From assembly GCA_001897535.1 (NCBI GenBank), contig MKTC01000028.1:10409-74408 (forward strand): DNA of 64,000 nucleotides, in the 5' to 3' direction. Under the pieces are notes generated by a model. The model was not told the DNA's origin. It saw only the letters and a list, made by a program, of their open reading frames with translations, and did not search any database. The first letter of the stretch is position 1. Each line of letters begins with the position of its first letter. This DNA comes from Bacteroidetes bacterium 37-13. Lineage in GTDB: Bacteria; Bacteroidota; Bacteroidia; Chitinophagales; LD1. Shown here one piece after another: positions 20,512 to 28,992 of this stretch. Position numbers and translations under genes: made by a program.

Positions 20512-21918
20512 TCAACCTCCCGGAGCTAAGAAACTCGTCTTCACTTCATCTATTTTTTTCCCGTTAGAATACACGCCAATTTCAATTTTATTTTGGCGCT
20601 TGGTAAGCTTATCTTTATCAATATAAATAAAGAAAACGCCACTTCCTGCTGCTTCTTTTTTCACTACTAACCCTTTGCCTACAATCTTAATGGTGCCGGG
20701 CAAATCTTCATTTTCTACTTTGAGCGTAATCGGAATTTCTTTTCGAGTTTTGTTTATCAAACTCACGTTGTAGATATTGCTAATTTGGTTATTTGGTTGC
20801 TCTTGATATAACATTCCTCTTGCACGTACCACATTGGTCTGCACATCTTTTCGAGTAAAAAGCAATGCTACCAACACCACCAGCAAGCCTACTAAAATAA
20901 CGGTGTAAGCTTTGGTCCTATTTGTGAATTTCGTTTTTTCTCCTTTAGAAATATTATTCTCCGAGGCATATTTTATTAAGCCCAGCGGGCGATTAAATTT
21001 TTCCATTACTGCATCGCAAGCATCAATACAAGCTGTGCAGTTTACACATTCCAATTGTGTTCCGTTGCGAATATCAATTCCGGTTGGGCACACTTTCACA
21101 CACTCAAAACAATCCACGCAATCGCCAACTTCATCTTGCTTTTCCTCTTCGCGTTTCTTCTTAAATCTGGAACGCGGCTCGCCACGAACATGGTCGTAAG
21201 CCACCACAATAGAATCGGGGTCGAGCATTACACCTTGTAGCCTTCCATAAGGGCAAACAATAATGCAAACTTGCTCGCGAAACCACCAATACACAAAGAA
21301 AAACGTAGTAGCAAAAAGTAGCAAAGGCACAAAGGTTTCTATGTGCTGAATTATACCTTCTTTCATATACAGCAGTACTCTATCCATTCCGATAATGTAT
21401 GCTAAAAAGTAATTGGCAATGATGAAAGAGAGCGAATAGAACGCTAAAAATTTCAACCCGCGTTTAGTAATCTTTTCCTTGTTCCACGGCATTTCGGCAA
21501 GTTTGCGCTGCATTTCGGAGCTGCCTTCAATCCAATATTCTATTTTACGGAAAATCATTTCCATAAACACCGTTTGCGGACAAACCCAACCACAAAATAT
21601 TCTACCGAAAACAACTGTAAACAGCACAATAAACACCAAAAAGGTGAGCATGGCTATTCCAAAAATAAAGAAATCCTGCGGCCAAAATATTTGCCCGAAA
21701 ATAATGAACTTGCTATTGGGAATATCGAAAAGAAAAAGTGGTTCACCATTTACTTTTATCCAAGGCAGCGTAAAGAAAATGAGGAGATACAAATTGGTAA
21801 CCATAGTACGCGCATTGTAAAATCTCCCTTTAGGCATTTTGGGAAAAATCCAATTGCGTTTACCTTCTTTGGTTACGGTGCCAATCGTGTCGCGGAAAGC
21901 TTCATTTTGTTTACTCAT
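20512..21918 (-). CDS. ccoG: Cytochrome c oxidase accessory protein CcoG
   Basis: GRIFCGWVCPQT, CPYGRLQ, CVDCFECVKVCPTGIDIR, ECVNCTACIDAC. Confidence 0.96.
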   Translation of the reverse strand: MSKQNEAFRDTIGTVTKEGKRNWIFPKMPKGRFYNARTMVTNLYLLIFFTLPWIKVNGEPLFLFDIPNSKFIIFGQIFWPQDFFIFGIAMLTFLVFIVLFTVVFGRIFCGWVCPQTVFMEMIFRKIEYWIEGSSEMQRKLAEMPWNKEKITKRGLKFLAFYSLSFIIANYFLAYIIGMDRVLLYMKEGIIQHIETFVPLLLFATTFFFVYWWFREQVCIIVCPYGRLQGVMLDPDSIVVAYDHVRGEPRSRFKKKREEEKQDEVGDCVDCFECVKVCPTGIDIRNGTQLECVNCTACIDACDAVMEKFNRPLGLIKYASENNISKGEKTKFTNRTKAYTVILVGLLVVLVALLFTRKDVQTNVVRARGMLYQEQPNNQISNIYNVSLINKTRKEIPITLKVENEDLPGTIKIVGKGLVVKKEAAGSGVFFIYIDKDKLTKRQNKIEIGVYSNGKKIDEVKTSFLAPGG

Positions 21919-21958
21919 AACAATTTATTTTCAACGGTTTTTACACCGCGCTTTAATT

Positions 21959-22001
21959 GAAAACTACAGTTTCTAATCATAGATTTAAAACTGTAGTTTT
22001 C
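21959..22001. terminator. 14-bp perfect stem-loop between ccoP and ccoG
   Basis: GAAAACTACAGTTT (21959-21972) and AAACTGTAGTTTTC (21988-22001) are exact reverse complements with a 15-nt loop. Confidence 0.55.
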
Positions 22002-22063
22002 TGTTATTGCTGCTTTAGTTTTTAATCTAAAGTTACAGCAGATTTTTTACATCACAAGTGTAA

Positions 22064-23200
22064 TTATTTTGCAGCAGCAGTAGTTGAATCTGCCGCTACA
22101 GCACTTGCTTCTTCTTCTTTATACAATTCGCCATCCGGAGCCTTAGCATTTGCCGGCTTGGTGCCATGAAGCGATTTTACATAACTCGTAACATCTACTA
22201 TATCGGTTGGCGATAAAATATCTTTCCAGCTTGTCATTCCCTTTTCGAGTACGCCATATTTTATTGTCTTAAAAATATCGTTAAGCGAACCGCCATGCAG
22301 CCAGTAATCATCAGTAAGGTTTGGACCTACTATACCTTCTGCTTCTTTACCATGGCAAACAGCACAGTTACTTTCAAAAATAGTTTTACCGGCTTTTATT
22401 CCGGCTGCATCAGCAAGCAAAATATTATTTTCGTCTACATCAACTACGTGCTTTGCTTTATACGCAGCAACTTCTGCATCTGCCTTTTCCATTGCCGTAT
22501 TGTACTCGTCTAAACTTGTTGGTCCTCCTCCAAGTTCGTAGTAGCCGAAATAAACTACCGCCCACAGAATAGAAATGTAAAAACCATATTTCCACCAAGG
22601 TGGCAAATCGTTGTCTAATTCTCTAATACCATCGTATTCGTGATCTAAAATTATATCTTGTTCTTTATCTACCGAAACTGAAGAGTTAAAACGGTCTAAG
22701 AAACTTGGCATCTTTAATTTTGCGGCTTTGGCTTTTTCTTCTTCTGCTGCGAAAAAACCTTTAGCAAAACTGTAAATTTTTCGAGCCAACATTACCAGCA
22801 CAAAAAACTCTAACAACAATATAGTTATTGCCAAATAGATGCCCAAATTATCGAGTAGCGAAGATGTTTTTGCTGCCGCAGGTGCTGCTGTTGCAGCTTC
22901 TTCTGCAGTTACCGAAAGTGTCATCAGCACAAGTAAAATGGCTGTAATGTTTTTCACTTTTGGCGCACTTATTTTTGCCATTGTTACCAACACATTGCCC
23001 AATACAGCAATTGCCAAAAGCAAAATTACCATTGCAGCAATCACCAACCACCAAATAAAAGTAGTATAATCTGTTGGCGGTGTAGCGGTGGTGCTGGCTG
23101 CCGGTTCTGCTGCTTGCGCCATTGCCGAAATAGACAAAAACGCTAATGCCATTGTGGAAATTCCACGTTTAAATAGGTTTAAATACTTTATATTATTCAT
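22064..23200 (-). CDS. ccoP: cbb3-type cytochrome c oxidase subunit III (monoheme, N-terminally extended)
   Basis: DHEYDGIRELDNDLPPWW, CAVCH, GPNLTDDYWLHGG. Confidence 0.93.
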   Translation of the reverse strand: MNNIKYLNLFKRGISTMALAFLSISAMAQAAEPAASTTATPPTDYTTFIWWLVIAAMVILLLAIAVLGNVLVTMAKISAPKVKNITAILLVLMTLSVTAEEAATAAPAAAKTSSLLDNLGIYLAITILLLEFFVLVMLARKIYSFAKGFFAAEEEKAKAAKLKMPSFLDRFNSSVSVDKEQDIILDHEYDGIRELDNDLPPWWKYGFYISILWAVVYFGYYELGGGPTSLDEYNTAMEKADAEVAAYKAKHVVDVDENNILLADAAGIKAGKTIFESNCAVCHGKEAEGIVGPNLTDDYWLHGGSLNDIFKTIKYGVLEKGMTSWKDILSPTDIVDVTSYVKSLHGTKPANAKAPDGELYKEEEASAVAADSTTAAAK

Positions 23201-23231
23201 ACAGTTTCTTTTCTTTTTGGTGAAAGGATTT

Positions 23232-23399
23232 TCAGTTTTCTAATGGAATATTTTCTACTTCTTTAATGTAGTTTTTATTTGCACGAATGGCAAACCACAG
23301 CATTGCTAAAAACACTGTCATAAAAATGGCGAGTGCTATATCAGGAAAAATATCAATGCCTGAAATTCCTGTTGCGTACTTTTTAATAAATGAAAACAT
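23232..23399 (-). CDS. ccoQ: cbb3-type cytochrome c oxidase subunit IV (55 aa)
   Basis: Manual translation MFSFIKKYATGISGIDIFPDIALAIFMTVFLAMLWFAIRANKNYIKEVENIPLEN; single TM; lies between ccoNO and ccoP; below the ORF-track size cut-off. Confidence 0.85.
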   Translation of the reverse strand: MFSFIKKYATGISGIDIFPDIALAIFMTVFLAMLWFAIRANKNYIKEVENIPLEN

Positions 23400-23423
23400 G
23401 TTATTTCCTTTTGGGTTAAAAAT

Positions 23424-25574
23424 TTAGTTGGCATTCTTTAATGAAGCAGGAATTCTAAAGGTTGATTCTCCCTTAATATCTTTTCCTAAGCGTTGCATAT
23501 AAGCGATAAGTGCAATAATTTCTTTCTTTTCAGAAGTAGTTATTCCATTCATTTTTAAATCTGCCTGAATGCCTTTTGCTTGCTTCATTAACTCATCATT
23601 AGCAATATCTTCATAACCTTTTGGATACGGCACACCCAATTTTTGCATCACTTGAATTTTCTTTTTAGTAGTGCGTATATCTAAATCGTTATCCAACAAA
23701 TGCGGATAAGGCGGCATAATAGATTGCTCTGCTACCGAACGTGGATTATCCATGTGGTTGTAGTGCCAGCTATTCGGCAAATTGCGCGTTCCTACTCTTG
23801 CCAAATCCGGACCTGTGCGTTTAGAACCCCACTGGAAAGGATGGTCGTAAACAAACTCTCCCGCTTTTGAATATTCTCCGTAGCGAGCAACTTCTTCGCG
23901 GAAAGGACGCACCATTTGCGAGTGGCACACATAGCAACCTTCGCGCACATAAATATCGCGACCTTGCAATTCTAATGGCGTATAAGGTTTCACACTTGCA
24001 ATAGTTGGCACATTCGATTCAATTAAAAATGTTGGTGCAAATTCTATAATACCACCAATGGCAACCACAACAAGTGAACCAATAAGCATTTGCACAGGCT
24101 TGCGCTCAATCCAACGATGCCAGTGCTCGTTGCTATGTGGTTTGTATTCTTTAGGAAGCGGTGGCGCTTCAGCAGCTTCGTTGGCTTCTAACTTGCCTTG
24201 CTGCACGGTTTTCACCAAATTCACTACACCAATTACAGCACCTAATAGGTATAAAAATCCACCAAAAGCACGTAAATAATACATTGGTAAAATAGCGGAT
24301 AATGTATCTAAGAAATTCGGGTACATCAATACGCCTTCCGGCTTAAACTGGCCTAATAAAGACCATTGTGTCCACGCGCTCCAATACAATGGAACAGCGT
24401 AGAACAAGATTCCCAAAGTGCCTAACCAAAAATGAATATTTGCCAACTTGCGCGAATACAATTCAGTTCTAAATATTTTTGGAATTAACCAAAACAATAC
24501 TCCGAATGTTAAGAAACCATTCCAACCCAATGCGCCAATATGTACGTGTGCAATAGTCCAATCGGTGTAGTGCGAAATAGCGTTTACACTTTTTATTGAA
24601 AGCATTGGACCTTCAAAAGTCGCCATACCGTAAGCAGTTACGGCTACCACATAAAATTTTAAAACTACATCATCGCGTACTTTATCCCATGCACCGCGCA
24701 AGGTAAGTAAGCCGTTAATCATTCCACCCCAACTTGGTGCTAAAAGCATAATAGAAAACACTGTTCCTAACGACTGTGCCCAATCGGGCAATGCAGTGTA
24801 AAGCAAATGGTGCGGACCCGCCCAAATGTAAAGGAATATCAACGACCAAAAGTGAATGATAGAAAGGCGGTAAGAATACACCGGACGACCTGCTGCTTTA
24901 GGTAAAAAGTAATACATTAAACCTAAGTATGGCGTGGTTAAAAAGAAAGCTACCGCATTGTGCCCATACCACCACTGCACAAGTGCATCTTGCACTCCGG
25001 CATAAATTGGATAGCTTTTAAATAATGTAACCGGAATAGCCAATGAGTTTACGATATGCAACATGGCAACAGTAATCCAAGTAGCAATGTAGAACCAAAT
25101 GGCAACATATAAATGCTGCACTCTGCGGGTTAAAATAGTTCCGAAAATATTGATACCGAAAATAACCCAAATGATAGTGATAAGCACATCAATTGGCCAT
25201 TCCAATTCCGCATATTCTTTGCTGGAAGTGAAACCCATAAGCAAAGTAACGGCTGCTAAAACTATAATGAGCTGCCAACCCCAAAAGTGAATAGCACTTA
25301 AAGTATCGTTCCACATTCTGGCTTTGCACAAGCGCTGAAGCGAATAATAAACACCCATAAAAATACCATTGCCCACAAATGCAAAAACTACTGCATTGGT
25401 ATGTAATGGTCTCATTCTGCCGAAGGTGAAATATTCCGGAAAATTAAGGTCAGGAATAACAAGCTGGAGCGCAACAATTAAGCCTACCAACAAACCTACC
25501 AAGCCCCAAATAAATGTAGCGTAGGCAAAATTTCTGACAATCTTATTGTCGTAACTGAATTTTTCTATTTCCAT
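23424..25574 (-). CDS. ccoN: Fused cbb3-type cytochrome c oxidase subunit I/II (CcoN-CcoO)
   Basis: RPLHTNAV, QWWYGHNAV, WAGPHHL, AHVH, then CcoO EGCYVCHSQMVRP and WGSKRTGPDLAR. Confidence 0.97.
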   Translation of the reverse strand: MEIEKFSYDNKIVRNFAYATFIWGLVGLLVGLIVALQLVIPDLNFPEYFTFGRMRPLHTNAVVFAFVGNGIFMGVYYSLQRLCKARMWNDTLSAIHFWGWQLIIVLAAVTLLMGFTSSKEYAELEWPIDVLITIIWVIFGINIFGTILTRRVQHLYVAIWFYIATWITVAMLHIVNSLAIPVTLFKSYPIYAGVQDALVQWWYGHNAVAFFLTTPYLGLMYYFLPKAAGRPVYSYRLSIIHFWSLIFLYIWAGPHHLLYTALPDWAQSLGTVFSIMLLAPSWGGMINGLLTLRGAWDKVRDDVVLKFYVVAVTAYGMATFEGPMLSIKSVNAISHYTDWTIAHVHIGALGWNGFLTFGVLFWLIPKIFRTELYSRKLANIHFWLGTLGILFYAVPLYWSAWTQWSLLGQFKPEGVLMYPNFLDTLSAILPMYYLRAFGGFLYLLGAVIGVVNLVKTVQQGKLEANEAAEAPPLPKEYKPHSNEHWHRWIERKPVQMLIGSLVVVAIGGIIEFAPTFLIESNVPTIASVKPYTPLELQGRDIYVREGCYVCHSQMVRPFREEVARYGEYSKAGEFVYDHPFQWGSKRTGPDLARVGTRNLPNSWHYNHMDNPRSVAEQSIMPPYPHLLDNDLDIRTTKKKIQVMQKLGVPYPKGYEDIANDELMKQAKGIQADLKMNGITTSEKKEIIALIAYMQRLGKDIKGESTFRIPASLKNAN

Positions 25575-25580
25575 AAATGA

Positions 25581-25751
25581 TTATTGACTTTTTTGGTGTG
25601 TAGATTTTTTAGTTTCTTCATCAAAAAGTATTCTCACAGATGGTGTGTAATCATCATCAAACTGACCTTTTTTTACACTGCTGATAAAAGCAATTAAAAA
25701 GCCAAGCGCAAACAATAAACTCAAGCCTACCAAGAGGTAAAGTACACTCAT
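25581..25751 (-). CDS. ccoS: cbb3 oxidase assembly protein CcoS (56 aa)
   Basis: Manual translation MSVLYLLVGLSLLFALGFLIAFISSVKKGQFDDDYTPSVRILFDEE... Confidence 0.9.
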   Translation of the reverse strand: MSVLYLLVGLSLLFALGFLIAFISSVKKGQFDDDYTPSVRILFDEETKKSTHQKSQ

Positions 25752-25773
25752 CTATAAATACTTTTTGGTTCTA

Positions 25774-25838
25774 CAAAAGTACTTTTACGTACTACGCAGT
25801 TATATGATGCAATCTACTTCATTATATGATATATATCA
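25774..25838 (-). promoter_or_regulatory. cco promoter: -7 box plus FNR/Crp-like palindrome
   Basis: Minus-strand TACTTTTG at 25774-25781; TGAT-ATAT-ATCA at 25827-25838 matches the core of the FNR box TTGAT-N4-ATCAA. Confidence 0.6.
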
Positions 25839-25917
25839 GGTTTTTTATACGTTTATACTTTTACGTACATTTATTTTGAATTCTTATTATCTATTGATAA
25901 TTAACGTATTGCCTTTT

Positions 25918-26187
25918 TTAAGAAAATGTAAACTGTCCATCTTTTACAATACTTGAATCCCACACATAGCTCACCCACCCAAAACTAAGGCTGTCGCTGT
26001 CGTAACTAATTTCAACAGGATTAAAATTAAAGTTCAACTTGGTTATACCATAAGTTCTGTTTGAATCTATTATTCCATTATGGCTGCTATACCCTCCAAA
26101 CCATATATAATCATGCTTTTGTGCTGTTGCATTGATGTTTATCAACGCAACAGCACAGAATACAAAATATTTTAGTACGCATTTCAT
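25918..26187 (-). pseudogene. Truncated, internally deleted paralogue of the adjacent 513-aa T9SS cargo
   Basis: ATAQKHDYIW.GGY...TYGITKLNFN..PVEISYDS and DSLSFGWVSYVWD match 26317-27858 with 39 aa missing; similarity stops after KDGQ. Confidence 0.85.
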
Positions 26188-26316
26188 TTACCTGTTATTA
26201 TACCAAATTGATTTATAAATTAGTCCAAGAATATATTGTATAATGCCGATGTGATAGTCGTTTAGGACAATGTAATTGGACTATTACGAATATCCAATCG
26301 GTATTACATTCTGTTT

Positions 26317-27858
26317 TCATTCTTTCACAAACTTACCCACCCATATCATCCTCCCATCTCCAAACACCTCCGCATGATAAAAACTATTTACTAAATTACT
26401 CACATCTATTTTATGCAAACCTGAATACCTCGGCAGCACACTTTCATACACCACCTGCCCCATGGCATTAGTGAGTTTGAGACTTACGATGTTATACCGC
26501 CCCCAAATTATATTGCCGTAGTCTATTGTTACAAAATCTGTTGCAGGGTTGGGGAACACCTGTATTGTTTTGGCTCTTGGCTCTTGGTTCTCAATATCTG
26601 AATAAAGCGTATCACAAGGGCTGCCCGCCAATGCACCCAAGCGGTAGTTAGGATAGTAAGGCACTCCGCCTACATAAGATTTAAGTTTTACCGAGTGTTG
26701 CAACACATTACACGCTGCGCCCTTTTCATCAGGCTTGTCTATTACATGGTAGTAGCGGGTTGTGTTGCCGGTGCTTAAATATATCTTACCATCAGGAGCG
26801 AGTTGGCTATTAGCAAAAAGGGTTTCTAAATGAATATCCTTAAATCCGTCATACCAAGCTACGGTATCTTTTGATGCAGCTATATCCGCAGCCCAAGTAT
26901 CGTATTGATAAATACGATTGGTGGCATTTACATACACAAAGCGGCTGTTGGGTGAAAAACTTACAGCAATACCTATCAAGCTATTAGCATGAATCTCAGG
27001 TAATTTTGCATCCACAGGATTACTGATGATGCCGCTGCAACGGTCAAAATCATAAAGGCTTAGCCCTTCTTTAGTGGATATTGTTGCAATTTTGCTGCCG
27101 TCAGGGGAAGCTGCGCCATAAGATAATTCGTCAGTAATATTCAGATAATTCATCACACATTGGTTAGATTGCCTTACATAACCATCCTTCGTAATTAAAA
27201 AGCTATAAAAGCAATTGGTATTTCTTAATTGACCAATCAGCCACCAATCTTTACCATTACCGTGCTTAATAAGAATTATTTCTTGCCCCAATATGCTATC
27301 CATCATTACATTCTTTTTTTCTTTAATACATCCTAAGCCGAAATTACCTGTTATATCAATGATGGTGCTATACAGTTTGCGATTCGCAAAACTGTTTTTA
27401 TTTAAAAATGTATCCACTAACAGGTTAAAAAACAGATATTCATTGCTGTTTTGTGGCAAAGGAATAACAATATTAGAACGAGGATAACGCTGCCCATCTT
27501 TTGCGATACTTGGATCCCAAACATAGCTCACCCACCCAAAACTAAGGCTGTCGCTGTTTTCAATGGGGACATCCCATTTATTAGCAATGTAGTTGCCATT
27601 GGAGTAGAATATTAGATTACCGTCTTTATCAGATATACTGCAAGGTGCACGGTTAAAATTCATTCCCAAGCTGTCGTAACTAATTTCAACAGGTGTTTGG
27701 TTAAAGTTCAGCTTAGTTATACCATAGGTGTCATAAGTATCAATTAACCCTACATGACTGTGATATCCTCCCAACCAGATATAATCATGCTTCTGTGCTG
27801 TAGCTCTGATGCACACACACACACACACAAGCACAAGCATCTTAAAAAACACATACAC
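26317..27858 (-). CDS. T9SS-secreted beta-propeller-like protein with C-terminal sorting domain
   Basis: Signal peptide, SPDG/FSPN/QLAPDGKIY blades, C-terminal VFPNPATD...NAMGQ...KFVKE. The start may be ATG 27840. Confidence 0.8.
   Translation of the reverse strand: MYVFFKMLVLVCVCVCIRATAQKHDYIWLGGYHSHVGLIDTYDTYGITKLNFNQTPVEISYDSLGMNFNRAPCSISDKDGNLIFYSNGNYIANKWDVPIENSDSLSFGWVSYVWDPSIAKDGQRYPRSNIVIPLPQNSNEYLFFNLLVDTFLNKNSFANRKLYSTIIDITGNFGLGCIKEKKNVMMDSILGQEIILIKHGNGKDWWLIGQLRNTNCFYSFLITKDGYVRQSNQCVMNYLNITDELSYGAASPDGSKIATISTKEGLSLYDFDRCSGIISNPVDAKLPEIHANSLIGIAVSFSPNSRFVYVNATNRIYQYDTWAADIAASKDTVAWYDGFKDIHLETLFANSQLAPDGKIYLSTGNTTRYYHVIDKPDEKGAACNVLQHSVKLKSYVGGVPYYPNYRLGALAGSPCDTLYSDIENQEPRAKTIQVFPNPATDFVTIDYGNIIWGRYNIVSLKLTNAMGQVVYESVLPRYSGLHKIDVSNLVNSFYHAEVFGDGRMIWVGKFVKE
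27812..27829. repeat. (CA)9 dinucleotide SSR in signal-peptide coding region
   Basis: CACACACACACACACACA on the plus strand, read as VCVCVC on the coding strand. Confidence 0.9.
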
Positions 27859-27860
27859 AC

Positions 27861-28480
27861 CTATTTAATCAAACTTAACTTACCAAAATAAAGCGGCTCA
27901 CTTTGCGTAACTACTTTTACGTTATACAAGCCTGATGCCAGATTCTTTGTATCAATTTCAAGCAAACCTTTTTCCATTAAAACATTTGATAAAATCACTT
28001 GCTGTCCCAACATGTTTACCATAATTACCTCGCACTTCCTGTTTATCGCAATATTACAAGCTAAGTATGCTTTGCCATTAGTAGGATTGGGAAATAAAAC
28101 GAATTGCAATTCGGGTTTTTCTGTCCGCTTTTGTAATGGATTTGGTTCATATTCTTTCTTATAAGATTGATTGCAATTTGCGCTGTCATCAAAATAAGTC
28201 GCCCCCATCATATTTTGATATAAACTTCTTGCAAGCGCAGTTGCTTCACCGCCTTTATCAAGGCATTGGTTGGCAATGCTTACCACCGTATTCCATTGGT
28301 CTGTAGTAAATGTATCTATGTTTTTAGCCACCGTGTTCAAATATATCAATTTTATGTCGCGATGCCATTGCTCAATGGGTATGCCTATGGAAACCTGCGC
28401 CAAAGCAGCCGCTGCGGTATCTGCCGCATCGTTGCGCTGCCCGTCAAAGGCTTCAATATATTCGTTGGCAAAGACTTTCC
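27861..28480 (-). pseudogene. 3' remnant of a larger T9SS-secreted protein
   Basis: C-terminal LFPNPTNG...LASGLY...KLSLIK CTD and no signal peptide. The frame stays open upstream of the TTG at 28403 (NEYIEAFDGQRNDAADTAAAA) and runs into the REP at 28483. Confidence 0.75.
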
Positions 28481-28482
28481 CT

Positions 28483-28512
28483 CTGAGCGTAGGCTGTGCC
28501 TACGTCCAGCAA
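28483..28512. repeat. REP-like palindrome A, left copy
   Basis: CTGAGCGTAGGCTGTGCCTACGTCCAGCAA; stem CGTAGGC/GCCTACG; 26/30 identical to the reverse complement of 28751-28780. Confidence 0.8.
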
Positions 28513-28554
28513 GAAAATAGCTTATAGCTATTATTACAAAAGAAATCTACAAAA

Positions 28555-28641
28555 ATGGCCAGCAGCTATCAAATAACCGACCCACACGGCATTTACTTTC
28601 TGACATTTCAGGTAGTAGATTGGGTAGATATTTTTTCGAGA
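28555..28641 (+). pseudogene. N-terminal remnant of a REP-associated tyrosine transposase (RAYT)
   Basis: MASSYQITDPHGIYFLTFQVVDWVDIFSR is a typical Bacteroidota RAYT N-terminus (cf. MSVRHQIHECDGMYFITFTCYNWLPLF at 46405); it breaks off into IS982 sequence. Confidence 0.8.
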
Positions 28642-28716
28642 GTATCTCAATTTCTTTGTATTCAATAGAGCAATAAACAAACTCAAAATCAATTTAGCCT
28701 AAATGCACAACAGGTT
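28641..28716 (+). mobile_element. IS982-family right-end remnant (copy 1)
   Basis: Encodes YLNFFVFNRAINKLKINLA* followed by ATGCACAACAGGTT; 75/76 nt identical to 46570-46645. Confidence 0.72.
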
Positions 28717-28750
28717 AAGTGTATATATAAAGCAACTAAAAGCTGCAACC

Positions 28751-28780
28751 TTGACGGACGTAGGCTCAGCCTACGCCCAG
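28751..28780. repeat. REP-like palindrome A, right (inverted) copy
   Basis: TTGACGGACGTAGGCTCAGCCTACGCCCAG; its end overlaps a tandem CCCAGTGG x2 (28776-28791). Confidence 0.8.
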
Positions 28781-28992
28781 TGGCCCAGTGGGCCCTATTT
28801 TTCGATAACTTAAATCCCCCGTTAAATATTCGGCTATTATCGCCTCTTTGTCTATTGCTTTTTTTTCCATTTTGGTTACTTTTTATTGTAAACCTATTTC
28901 AGGACGAGACACGGTTTCAAATCATGCTGAAAAGGCACTTGTAAAAATCTATCTGAAAGATAATTTTAAAAACCGAAGCCGCCTTGAATATT

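Noticed and set aside
25918-27800. Repeat pair as a diversity-generating retroelement TR/VR
   Set aside because: Differences are not adenine-specific, many are synonymous, the repeat covers the N-terminus, and there is no reverse transcriptase in the window. It is an ordinary paralogue.
28483-28780. Palindromic 30-mers as a mini CRISPR array
   Set aside because: Only two copies, inverted rather than direct, ~240 bp apart, and no cas genes.
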